In this document: one piece after another, positions 1 to 8,733 of the stretch
How the letters are laid out: every line of letters starts with the position of its first letter
How positions within the stretch are numbered: position 1 is the stretch's first letter
Source of the DNA: Candidatus Amesbacteria bacterium GW2011_GWC2_45_19
GTDB lineage: Bacteria > Patescibacteriota > Microgenomatia > CAZETR01 > Amesbacteraceae
Direction of reading: 5' to 3'
NCBI GenBank assembly: GCA_001001555.1
Contig: LCKS01000001.1
Coordinates: forward strand, 82,066 to 146,065
Length of the DNA: 64,000 bases
Notes under the pieces: generated by a model
What the model was told of the DNA's origin: nothing
Databases searched by the model: none
The model's input: the letters and a program-made list of their open reading frames with translations, nothing else
Position numbers and translations under genes: made by a program

Positions 1-5
1 AAGAA

Positions 6-455
6 ATGGTTTCCACCTTTAAGGTGGCAATTATTTTGGGGATTAAAGACAAGCAAAAGATTATTAAATTTGGCACGGTAGGTTTCGCAGGCTATGTGGT
101 CAACGCCACCGCTCTTTATCTCTTCACCAAATTAAATTGGCCCGGCTGGGCCGCCTGGGGTTTGTCCACCGAGTTGGCTATTCTCAATAACTTTACCTGG
201 AACAATATCTGGACTTTCAAAGACCAGCAAATAAACGGTTTGACTATGATTCTGTCTAAATTTTTGCAATTTAACATCACCTCGGCCGGAGGCCTGCTGA
301 TCCAGGTGGTAGTGGGCGTCGCGACAGACTATCTGACCGGCTCGCAATACCGCCAAATTGTTTTGCCTCTGACCATCGCCTTTTTAGTCATGCCCTACAA
401 CTATCTGATGTACACCCTGGTTATCTGGAGAAAAAAGGCGTCCAGTCGGAAATAG
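6..455 (+). CDS. GtrA-family small membrane protein (polysaccharide synthesis/translocation accessory)
   Basis: 149 aa, 4 predicted TM segments, N-terminal K-F-G-x-VG-x-x-G motif typical of the GtrA family; overlaps convergently with the next gene. Confidence 0.55.
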   Translation: MVSTFKVAIILGIKDKQKIIKFGTVGFAGYVVNATALYLFTKLNWPGWAAWGLSTELAILNNFTWNNIWTFKDQQINGLTMILSKFLQFNITSAGGLLIQVVVGVATDYLTGSQYRQIVLPLTIAFLVMPYNYLMYTLVIWRKKASSRK

Positions 456-1467
456 CCGCCGTATTGTGGGCCAGGAAATTTAAACTGTAGAAATACATGG
501 GAATAATTAAGAGCAGCAATGCCCATCTGACCTCTTTTTTCTCCAACACATCAGTTAAACCCAATATAACTACGGGCACCATAGGCAACGAATATCTGGC
601 TATATCCCGGTGCGATACAAATAAAATCACCGCGTAAAATATCGCTCCCCACCACCCCCAGACTGCTGATTTTCTGAACGCCCTGATCACCCCGACCGCT
701 CCGATCAAGTACATCCACAACACGTCTTCCAGCCACCAATTGCCCACCCAGGGCTGATTGCTGTCAAAAACTTTGAACGGCAATGCTTGTAAATGAATAT
801 TGTCCCCGGAATTGAAATATGCCCAGAAATCCCCGGTGCGTAAATAATAAAAACCAAATACGGCCACCAATGCAGCCGGAATCAAAAGCGTGGGCCAAAT
901 TTTTTTATCAAATTTAGACGCCAATACAAAAGCCGGGAACAGCAAAATTCCCGGGCTTTTGGTCAATGTGGCCAGGGCTCCGGCAATGGCCGCCAGCCAA
1001 TACGATTTCTTTCGGAAAGCATATAGGGCAATTACTACAAACAATATAAATAACGTTTCCGGGCTACCGATAGACCGCACCACCCACATTCTCGGCCAGG
1101 CAAACAACCACACCAGACCAGCTATCAGAGGATTTCCCCATTTAAATTCCTCAAAAATTTTGTAAATAGCCAGCGCTGTTACTGCCGAAACTACTAGATT
1201 TATCATCACGGCAGACAGCGGGCTGCCTCCAAAAAGCCAAATCAGGGCGGGGTATAGAGGAAAATGCGCCGGATAATACTCCAGTGGCAGCGGGAAAGAG
1301 AAATTATTACCGATAAACGCTTTGTCATACCAGCTTTTGGCAATCACCACATAATATAGTCCATCGAAGTTCTCATATACTTTCTGCATTCCCACCGGCA
1401 CCCATAGGGCCAATGTCGAAAATACGGAAACTACGGCCAGGATCAGCATATTTCGGCTGATTTTCAT
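421..1467 (-). CDS. Polytopic membrane protein, PIG-V-like (GT76-like) mannosyltransferase family
   Basis: 348 aa multi-TM protein with an FDG-x-YY...AFIG...FPLYPAL motif resembling PIG-V mannosyltransferases; paralog of 33090..34202. Confidence 0.45.
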   Translation of the reverse strand: MKISRNMLILAVVSVFSTLALWVPVGMQKVYENFDGLYYVVIAKSWYDKAFIGNNFSFPLPLEYYPAHFPLYPALIWLFGGSPLSAVMINLVVSAVTALAIYKIFEEFKWGNPLIAGLVWLFAWPRMWVVRSIGSPETLFILFVVIALYAFRKKSYWLAAIAGALATLTKSPGILLFPAFVLASKFDKKIWPTLLIPAALVAVFGFYYLRTGDFWAYFNSGDNIHLQALPFKVFDSNQPWVGNWWLEDVLWMYLIGAVGVIRAFRKSAVWGWWGAIFYAVILFVSHRDIARYSLPMVPVVILGLTDVLEKKEVRWALLLLIIPMYFYSLNFLAHNTAAISDWTPFFSR

Positions 1468-1484
1468 GCTACAATTGTAGCATG
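1465..1484. promoter_or_regulatory. Perfect 20-bp palindrome CATGCTACAATTGTAGCATG whose arms contain both divergent start codons; symmetric TACAAT -10 boxes; candidate bidirectional leaderless promoter/operator
   Basis: Read directly: cat(1465-1467)=start of minus gene, ATG(1482-1484)=start of plus gene, TACAAT on both strands 6-7 nt from each start; only 14 nt intergenic. Confidence 0.5.
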
Positions 1485-3638
1485 TCGAAAGGCGTCTCGG
1501 TAGTTATTCCCGCTTACAATGAACAGGACAATGTTGCCAAGTGCCTGACTTCTGTTTCTTCTGTCATAAAAAAACTTAAACTGGACGCAGAAGTAATCGT
1601 GGTCGATGATGGATCAACTGACCAAACTGGGGAAATTGCCAGGAAGTTTATTAAAAAAATCCCCAATTTAAAAATTGTCACCAATCACCCCAACCGCGGC
1701 TATGGTGGCTCTCTTAAGGCTGGGTTTGCCAAAGCCACTAAAGAATTAATTGCTTTTTTTCCCGCCGATAACCAATTCGATTTTTCCCAAATTTCTCTCT
1801 TACTGGAAAAAATGAAAGAAACCAGCGCTGATATTGTCAGTGGCATGAGAATCCACCGTCAAGATCCCCGGCATCGCCGGCTACTGGCCTGGATGTGGAA
1901 TACATTATTTGTTTCCCCTCTCTTTGGTTTCCTGGCTTTAGATATAGATTGCGGTTTTAAGCTTTTTCGCAGAAGTATATTAAAAAACGCTTATATTCCC
2001 GCGGAAAGGGGAGCTATGATCGATACTCAACTATTTGCTTCTGTGAAAGCTCATGGCCATGCTATCGCCGAAGTCCCCCTGGCTCACTACCCACGCACTT
2101 CGGGAGTTTCCACGGGTGCCAGCCCCAAAGTCATTATTCAATCTCTCATTGATTTGCTTAAATATTGGTGGCAGCTAAAGCAAGAGTTGCTCACTGAAAG
2201 AGGCAAAAATGTTTTCCGCTGGGAAGCCCTGGCTATTGTGGCCATTTTGGCGGCAGCCGCCTTTGTCCGTCTCTACAAAATTGACCAATATATGACTTTT
2301 TTGGGCGACGAAGGCCGGGATGTGTCGGTCGTCCGGGATATGTTAATAGGGCGCAAATTCACCCTGATTGGTCCCGGTACTTCCATTGGCAATATGTACT
2401 TAGGTCCTCTGTATTACTACATGATGCTGTTACCTCTGGCTTTGTTTAATTTTTCTCCCGTCGGGCCTGCTGTCCAAATCGCTTTGTTGGGGATGGCCAC
2501 CGTAGCTCTCTTGTGGTGGGTTGGCCGGCAATGGTTCGGCCGGGTTCCGGCTCTCCTAATTTCTATTCTCTATTCTCTATCTCCTGTCATAATCACCTAC
2601 TCCCGTTCTTCTTGGAATCCCAATATCATGCCTTTTTTTGCGCTTCTTTCCATATATGGTATTTGGAAAGTCTGGCGTCTGGGTTACTGGCGCTGGCTGG
2701 TTGTCACGGCCATCGCTTTCGCCTTCGTCCTCAACTCTCACTATTTAGGTTTATTATTGTTTCCCGTCCTTGGCCTATTTCGGTTCCTATCCAAAAAAAC
2801 TCCGAAAGCTAAATACTATTCTCTAATTTCTATTTTCTCATTTCTAATTTTAATGTCCCCACTTCTGTGGTTTGACCTGCGCCACAATTGGATAAATGTC
2901 AGGGCCGTCACGGCTTTTTTTACCGACCGCCAAACTACGGTTAATCTCAAAGCCTACAAAGCCCTGCCCAATCTTTGGCCTCTTTGGGTGGACATAAACA
3001 CGTCCCTCCTGGCTGCCAAAAATAAGCCGCTCGGGGCCGCCACGGCAATTTTATTGATCGGAGGACTAGTTTATTTAATCAAATCACGCCCCTCAAAAGA
3101 TTTTTGGTTTACTGCCACCTGGATGAGTGTCGGTCTAATCGGTCTGGGCTTATACAAGCAGCATATTTACGACCACTATTATGGTTTTCTTTTTCCAGCC
3201 CCCTTTTTACTCCTGGGCTTTATATTGGAAAAAATTAAAAAGTGGGCTTGGTTAGTTTTTGGGGCGCTGCTTCTGGCAAATATTTCAAATTTCCCCTTGC
3301 GTTTTTCACCCAATAATCAACTTGCTCATACCCAAGAAATTGCCGGATTTATCAAAGAGCAGGCCTCCGGCCAGCCTTTTAATCTTGCTTTAATTGCCAA
3401 AAGAAATTACGACAAGGGCTACGTCTACTTTTTAGATATCCAGAAGGCCCCTTACTACACTATCCACCAAAAACTATCAGATCAATTATTTGTAATTTGC
3501 GAAGACCCGGTTTGTGAACCTATCAACAATCCTTTGTGGGAGATTGCTGCATTCGGCTGGGCTAAAATTGACCGGCAGTGGGAATTTCCCTGGGGCACCA
3601 AACTCTTCCGTCTCGTCCACAATTCTACCGGAAAATGA
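1482..3638 (+). CDS. Fusion protein: N-terminal GT2 (DPM1/ArnC-like polyprenyl-phosphate sugar synthase) + C-terminal GT-C (PMT_2/ArnT-like) membrane glycosyltransferase domain
   Basis: N-term VVIPAYNE...VVDDGSTD...DXD GT2 hallmarks. From about aa 240 there are 10+ TM segments with LGDEGRD...GP...LGPLYYY, matching the start of the next stand-alone GT-C gene. Confidence 0.7.
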   Translation: MSKGVSVVIPAYNEQDNVAKCLTSVSSVIKKLKLDAEVIVVDDGSTDQTGEIARKFIKKIPNLKIVTNHPNRGYGGSLKAGFAKATKELIAFFPADNQFDFSQISLLLEKMKETSADIVSGMRIHRQDPRHRRLLAWMWNTLFVSPLFGFLALDIDCGFKLFRRSILKNAYIPAERGAMIDTQLFASVKAHGHAIAEVPLAHYPRTSGVSTGASPKVIIQSLIDLLKYWWQLKQELLTERGKNVFRWEALAIVAILAAAAFVRLYKIDQYMTFLGDEGRDVSVVRDMLIGRKFTLIGPGTSIGNMYLGPLYYYMMLLPLALFNFSPVGPAVQIALLGMATVALLWWVGRQWFGRVPALLISILYSLSPVIITYSRSSWNPNIMPFFALLSIYGIWKVWRLGYWRWLVVTAIAFAFVLNSHYLGLLLFPVLGLFRFLSKKTPKAKYYSLISIFSFLILMSPLLWFDLRHNWINVRAVTAFFTDRQTTVNLKAYKALPNLWPLWVDINTSLLAAKNKPLGAATAILLIGGLVYLIKSRPSKDFWFTATWMSVGLIGLGLYKQHIYDHYYGFLFPAPFLLLGFILEKIKKWAWLVFGALLLANISNFPLRFSPNNQLAHTQEIAGFIKEQASGQPFNLALIAKRNYDKGYVYFLDIQKAPYYTIHQKLSDQLFVICEDPVCEPINNPLWEIAAFGWAKIDRQWEFPWGTKLFRLVHNSTGK

Positions 3639-5002
3639 TTATTTTTCTTACCCTTTTATCCGCCTTTTTTTTAAGAATCTATAGAGTCTCTGATTTTTTA
3701 GGATTCTGGTACGATCAGGGCCGGGACGCATTAGTCATCTGGGATCTGCTTCATAAAGGCAAATTCTTCCTCATAGGCCCCACCACCGGCATTGAGGGCA
3801 TTTTCTTAGGTCCTTTTTATTACTATTTTATTGCTCCGGCTTACGCTTTAGGACGGGGCCATCCGGCTGTCGCCGCTGTATTCCTGGCTCTGGTCAATGC
3901 GGCCGCTATTTATTTAGTGTATTTGTTTGGCCGCAAGTATTTCAACCAAACTACCGGCCTTCTGGCAGCCATTCTTATTTCGTTCTCAACCAGGTTTATG
4001 CAAGACCAGCGTTGGCTGTCTAATCCCACTCCATTACCCTTGTTTGCAATTATTGCTCTTCACGCTCTTATGCAGAGCCGTTGGTGGCTTTTGGGACTAA
4101 GTGTTGGATTATCTCTGCAGCTTGAAGCCGCATCTGCAATATTTTTTCTCCCGGCGATTTTAGTTATTTTGCACCGCAAATTTAACAGGCATATGCTTAT
4201 AGGACTGCTGTTTTTTGGTCTTACCCTTATGCCCCAAATTATTTTTAATTTCCGTCACCAAAACATTTTGTTTGGTGCTTTCAAAACATTTTTAGTAAGC
4301 CAGCGCAGTTTTCAGCCGCAGCCGGTGGCTTTTCTGTCCACCCGGCTGAAGTTTTACTACGATACTTTTACTCCCAGATATTTTCGCACTCCCGGCACAG
4401 CCCTGTTTTTTTCCGTTTTTACTTTGGGAACGCTGGTTCTGGTCTGGCGTAAATTACCAAACACTCCGTTAAAAGTTCTTCTTATCTGGTGGCTGACCCC
4501 GATGGTTCTGCTTCTTTTCTACCACGGGAACAAAGGCTATGTTTGGGATTATTATTTTACAGGGGTTTTTCCCGCCCTCACCCTTCTTATCTCCGCCATC
4601 TGGGTAAAAACCGGTCGGAAATTTGCTGCCATTTTCTTAACTATCTTTCTCTACCAAAATCTTTCTGCCACTTCTGCATTTTTACGCCAGCCCCAGCCCG
4701 CTTACATTTCTCTTACTCCCCAAATTCAAGCCGTAGACTGGATTTATTCTAATGCAGCCGGTAAACCATTTAATACCGACGCTTATGTTCCCCCCGTTAT
4801 TCCTTACGCCTACGATTACCTGTTTCTCTGGCGCGGCCGGCCCGAAACCAGGCTAGTTGCCGATCTGTATACCATTCAGGAACCGGATCCCGGACATCCG
4901 GGTCTTCTTAATGCTTGGTTGGCCCGGCAGGATAGTTACTCTTCGATTAAACAAACTGTTATTTTCGGCCCGCTCACGGTTCAACACCGCACCCGGCGCT
5001 GA
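3635..5002 (+). CDS. GT-C family membrane glycosyltransferase (PMT_2/ArnT-like), subfamily with YDQGRD loop
   Basis: ATGA overlap with upstream stop; polytopic; WYDQGRDALVIWDL...GPTTGIEG...GPFYYY parallels the C-terminal domain of 1482..3638. Confidence 0.65.
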   Translation: MIIFLTLLSAFFLRIYRVSDFLGFWYDQGRDALVIWDLLHKGKFFLIGPTTGIEGIFLGPFYYYFIAPAYALGRGHPAVAAVFLALVNAAAIYLVYLFGRKYFNQTTGLLAAILISFSTRFMQDQRWLSNPTPLPLFAIIALHALMQSRWWLLGLSVGLSLQLEAASAIFFLPAILVILHRKFNRHMLIGLLFFGLTLMPQIIFNFRHQNILFGAFKTFLVSQRSFQPQPVAFLSTRLKFYYDTFTPRYFRTPGTALFFSVFTLGTLVLVWRKLPNTPLKVLLIWWLTPMVLLLFYHGNKGYVWDYYFTGVFPALTLLISAIWVKTGRKFAAIFLTIFLYQNLSATSAFLRQPQPAYISLTPQIQAVDWIYSNAAGKPFNTDAYVPPVIPYAYDYLFLWRGRPETRLVADLYTIQEPDPGHPGLLNAWLARQDSYSSIKQTVIFGPLTVQHRTRR

Positions 5003-5015
5003 TATACTGGAAAGC

Positions 5016-5753
5016 ATGGCCCAAACTTATCTTTCTATTGTTATTCCCGCCTGGAATGAATCTGCCAACATCAAAAGAGGAGCCTTAGATCAAGTTCTCA
5101 AATACCTCGCCCGGCAGAAATTTTCCTGGGAAGTAATTGTTGTTAACGATGGTTCTTCAGACGACACGCTTAGACTTTTGGAAAAATATTCCATTAAAGT
5201 CATCAACAATCCCCATCAGGGTAAAGCGGCCAGTGTCGCCTCCGGAGTTTCCCAAAGCGCGGGCCGGATAATTCTTTTCAGCGATATGGACCAAGCCACT
5301 CCCATCTCCGAGTTCGACAAATTTATCCCCAAGTTTAAAGAAGGTTTCGACATTGTCATTGGCTCCAGGTCGGGCCGCAAAGGAGCTCCAATTTACCGTC
5401 AAATCCTGGCTTACGGCATGGTAATTTTGCGTACCATTCTGCTCCGCTTGCCATACCGGGACACCCAGTGCGGTTTCAAGGCTTTTACCAAGCCAACCGC
5501 CCAAAAACTTTTTGTTATTTTTAACAAAGTTCATCCCGTCAGACCGACAACGGGGGGTGTGACCAATCCGGGTTTTGACGTAGAACTACTGTATCTGAGC
5601 CGCAAGCTGGGATTTCGCACGGCAGAAGTTACAGTAAATTGGGAGCATCAGCATGGCGAGAGAGTCCGGTTTATAAAAGACGCCATCGCTGGCACTTGGG
5701 AACTGCTTCTTGTCCGCTGGCGGTCTCTTACCAATACCTATGGCCTCCGTTAA
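5016..5753 (+). CDS. GT2 polyprenyl-phosphate sugar synthase (DPM1/GtrB-like)
   Basis: LSIVIPAWNE...VIVVNDGSSDDT...FSDMDQA (DXD)...QCGFKAF; start moved to first ATG after upstream stop. Confidence 0.75.
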   Translation: MAQTYLSIVIPAWNESANIKRGALDQVLKYLARQKFSWEVIVVNDGSSDDTLRLLEKYSIKVINNPHQGKAASVASGVSQSAGRIILFSDMDQATPISEFDKFIPKFKEGFDIVIGSRSGRKGAPIYRQILAYGMVILRTILLRLPYRDTQCGFKAFTKPTAQKLFVIFNKVHPVRPTTGGVTNPGFDVELLYLSRKLGFRTAEVTVNWEHQHGERVRFIKDAIAGTWELLLVRWRSLTNTYGLR

Positions 5754-6516
5754 ACCTCTGCTTTCGGTCATAATTCCCGCCTACAACGAAGAAAAAAGGC
5801 TGGGTTCTCATTTGGAACTGGTATTGAAATTTTTTCGTTCTCGCTACCCCAACTTTGAGTTGATTATTGTCGACGACGGAAGTAACGATGCTACCGCCCG
5901 GACAATATCTGCCGCAATCCCCAAAGAACCTCGCGCTCATCTCATTACATACCAACCCAACCGGGGCAAAGGTTATGCCGTAAGAAAAGGAGTTCTGGCT
6001 TCGCGCGGCGACCCGGTTCTTTTTATGGATGCCGATTTGTCTACCCCCCTGTCCCAGGTTCCTAAAATTTTGCAGGCCCTTTGGGGGGCTGATATTGTTA
6101 TCGGTTCCCGGGGTCAGGCCAAATCCGATATCCGTCAGCGCCCTCCACTTTTCCGCAGATTAGCTTCGTTTATATTTGACCAGATTAAATATGCTTTAGT
6201 CGGCTTGCGCCGCTTCAAGGATACTCAATGCGGATTTAAAGTTTTCCGCGGATCTATCGCTCGCCAATTGTTTGCCCAAAGCCAAGTTAACCGTTTTATG
6301 TTTGACGTAGAGATTTTATATCTGGCTGAACAAGCTAGAATGATTATTCGCGAAATACCGGTCACCTGGGCCGACGCTCCCGATAGCCACGTGCGTTTTT
6401 GGGAAGGAGTGGTCAGCATGTTCCGTGACCTCTGGCGCATCCGCCGCATACACCAGGGACACTCCTTTAAGGTTAGTCCTTTTAAGGCTAAAGATCGATC
6501 ACGGAGTTCTGAATAA
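5740..6516 (+). CDS. GT2 polyprenyl-phosphate sugar synthase (DPM1/GtrB-like); C-terminal ~20 codons read through REP-like repeat copy A
   Basis: LSVIIPAYNEE...IIVDDGSNDAT...MDADLS...QCGFKVF; last residues ...HQGHSFKVSPFKAKD are encoded by the REP sequence. Confidence 0.7.
   Translation: MASVKPLLSVIIPAYNEEKRLGSHLELVLKFFRSRYPNFELIIVDDGSNDATARTISAAIPKEPRAHLITYQPNRGKGYAVRKGVLASRGDPVLFMDADLSTPLSQVPKILQALWGADIVIGSRGQAKSDIRQRPPLFRRLASFIFDQIKYALVGLRRFKDTQCGFKVFRGSIARQLFAQSQVNRFMFDVEILYLAEQARMIIREIPVTWADAPDSHVRFWEGVVSMFRDLWRIRRIHQGHSFKVSPFKAKDRSRSSE
6456..6483 (+). repeat. REP-like repeat copy A (GGGACACTCCTTTAAGGTTAGTCCTTTT)
   Basis: One of three near-identical direct copies flanking the RAYT gene. 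Confidence 0.7.
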
Positions 6517-7180
6517 CGCTAATAGAGGCCTCTTCTAATCTTTGATCTTCCACAAAAGACTCATATGAGTTTGTACCAGCCGCAGCAAAGTATCCCAAGA
6601 TGTCTTGTGGCTTTACCCACTCCTGGTTGATCCTCCCCAGGTAATTGGGATAAGATGACGGTTGGGGACACTCCTTTAAGGTTAGTCCTTTTTGAATAGG
6701 GTTGCGATGGATGTATCTAGTGAGATGAAGGAGTTGTTCTTCAGTTTCGACCAAAACAGCCTTGTAAGTATCCTGGAAAAGACCGCCAACCCGTTTATCA
6801 TGACGGTGATTAAAGTATTGAGCATAACGGGTAGCAAGAGATCTCATGAATTTCTCAATTCCTCGCTCATTCTTTTGTTTTATCAATAAATGAAAGTGGT
6901 TTGGCATCAGACAGTAAGCCCGTAAATCAATTTCTCCAGCGAAATTATTCATCCTCAACAACTTAGCTGCTTCCGATTTTTCCTTTGGTGAAGAATCGGG
7001 ATCCGCAATTATCTGAGCTAAACTACTTACGTCTTTAGGGGACAAATACTCTTTTAAGTAAGACAAAAAGACAGCTTCGTCTTGATGGTCAACAAATATC
7101 GTTCTTTTTTCCACCCCCCGGTTATAGATATGATAATAACCGTTAGGAAGATAATCTTTGACTTTGTTTCTGGCTGGCAT
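6488..7180 (-). CDS. REP-associated tyrosine transposase (RAYT; IS200/IS605-like HUH Y1 transposase)
   Basis: N-term YHIYNRG, HUH motif NHFHLLI, catalytic Tyr context RYIHRNP. ORF reads through REP copy B, so the true C-terminus may be shorter (~160 aa). Confidence 0.65.
   Translation of the reverse strand: MPARNKVKDYLPNGYYHIYNRGVEKRTIFVDHQDEAVFLSYLKEYLSPKDVSSLAQIIADPDSSPKEKSEAAKLLRMNNFAGEIDLRAYCLMPNHFHLLIKQKNERGIEKFMRSLATRYAQYFNHRHDKRVGGLFQDTYKAVLVETEEQLLHLTRYIHRNPIQKGLTLKECPQPSSYPNYLGRINQEWVKPQDILGYFAAAGTNSYESFVEDQRLEEASISVIQNSVIDL
6665..6693 (+). repeat. REP-like repeat copy B
   Basis: GGGACACTCCTTTAAGGTTAGTCCTTTTT; lies inside the 3' part of the RAYT ORF. Confidence 0.7.
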
Positions 7181-7182
7181 AG

Positions 7183-7210
7183 GGTTACTCCTTTAAGGTT
7201 AGTCCTTTTT
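7183..7210 (+). repeat. REP-like repeat copy C
   Basis: GGGTTACTCCTTTAAGGTTAGTCCTTTTT, 3 nt upstream of the RAYT start codon; followed by tandem TAGACTAAAT x2 at 7239..7258. Confidence 0.7.
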
Positions 7211-7274
7211 GGCTTGCGGGGCAATACCGAGGATGTTAGACTAAATTAGACTAAATTAATCTGGTTGAGTTTTT

Positions 7275-8733
7275 ATGAAAATCAACGCTAAAACGATAAT
7301 AATTGGACTTTCAATATTACTTCTGGCAACTACCCTTCGTTTTTGGAATCTCAATTCATTGCCCATTTTTGCGGATGAAGCCATTTATGTGCGCTGGTCC
7401 CAGGTCATGCGCGCCGAATCCTCCTTACGTTTCTTGCCTCTCTCGGACGGCAAACAGCCTCTATTCATGTGGCTCACCATTCCTTTTTTGCGCATTGGCT
7501 GGCCTGGGCACAGTCATAGGTATCGGCCTAGCTTCCTACTTTCTATTTTCTAATATCAGGTTATCAATACTCACTACCCTGCTGGCCGCTGTCCTGCCAT
7601 ACCTGGTTTTCTTCGACCGGATGGCCCTGGCAGATAGTTTATTGGCTATGTTTTTAGTTTGGACATTTAATTTTTCTTATTTGTCTTTTATTCACCGGCG
7701 GTTAGACTTAGCCATGTTTGCCGGTTTCGCTCTGGGATTTGCCTGGCTGACTAAATCTCCCGCCATCTTCGCTTTCTTTCTCCTCCCTCTCAATTTTCTT
7801 TTTATACCTAAATATTCAGCCAAAAATATTCTAATTTCTAGTTTCTATTTTCTGGTTTCTGTCGCCATTGCCTTCGGCATGTATAATATTTTGCGTTTGG
7901 GCCCGGAGTTCCATCAGATTGCCTTGCGTAATGCAGACTATGTTTTTCCGCTGGCCGAAATTTTGCGTCATCTGCTGGATCCGCTCCTGCCCCATCTTAA
8001 AGATTCTTTTCTCTTTTTTGCCTACTTTCTCACTCCGCTAGGGCTGCTGGCCGCTATTACCGGCATTCTGGCCGGAGGCCGGTCTCGTTGGCGGACTCGT
8101 CTGGTCTTGGCCGCTTGGTGGCTAGGGCCGGTGCTGGTTCAATCCGCCATCGCCAGAGCCTTCACTGCCCGTTATTTATTGTTCACCGTTCCCTTTGCCG
8201 CGATTTTGATTGGCCACGCTTTGGAACATATTGGTCAGCGTACCCAAAAGCACTTTCTATCAATGGCTGCCGCCGGTCTGATTATCCTTCCGGCTTTGGC
8301 CATGGATTATTTGGCTGTTGCCCGCCCTGAATCTTTACCCCTACCCCGGATCGAACGGTCTGGCTATTTGGAAGACTGGACAGCCGGTTACGGTCTGCGG
8401 GACGTAGCCCAACGATTGCGCCAGTACGCCGCTGCGGGTCCGGTTTTGGTCGGCAGCGAAGGCTTTTTTGGCACCCCATTTAACGCTTTGCAACTATATT
8501 TAAACGATGTTTCCAACGTCCGTGTCATTGGCGTTGGTGTCTGGATAGACTCCGTCCATGAAAAACTTAAGAATTCCTTAGCTGATAACCAGGTGTTTTT
8601 AGTTGTTAATTCCACCCGCCTGCACGCCGACCCGGATCAAATAGGGCTAAAACTCATCGTCAGTTACCCCAAAGCTTACCGTCCCGACGGCACCCGCGAG
8701 TATCTGCTATTTTTCCAAGTTTTATCTAAATGA
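7275..8733 (+). pseudogene. GT-C (PMT_2-like) glycosyltransferase interrupted by a +1 frameshift in a T6 tract (7484..7489)
   Basis: Frame 0 gives the genuine N-terminus (ADEAIYVRW...KQPLFMWLTIPFL) and stops at 7553. The +1 frame continues with genuine TM-rich sequence (CALAGLGTVIG...) to 8733. Removing one T restores a single 485-aa ORF. Confidence 0.55.

Noticed and set aside
16-30. CCACCTTTAAGGTGG near-palindrome at the 5' end resembling the REP core CCTTTAAGG
   Set aside because: It lies inside the GtrA coding sequence, is a single short occurrence, and matches the REP consensus over only 9 nt, which is compatible with chance.
132-356. Antisense or alternative-frame ORFs nested in annotated genes (for example 132..356-, 551..739-, 890..1165+, 2513..2812+, 4489..4752+, 5157..5534-, 8088..8330+, 11790..12083+, 22141..22596+, 26193..26960+, 48821..49246+) and the many other 60-140-aa ORFs in the track
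   Set aside because: All lie wholly inside longer ORFs with clear family signatures on the other strand or frame. They have biased amino-acid composition (Pro, Arg and Gly rich) typical of out-of-frame translation of GC-rich coding DNA, and none has its own start context.
6488-6700. C-terminal 60-70 residues of the 230-aa RAYT ORF as genuine coding sequence
   Set aside because: This stretch is encoded across REP copy B and the inter-REP spacer. It is probably read-through of repeat sequence rather than a real domain. It is kept inside the CDS coordinates only because no in-frame stop occurs earlier.
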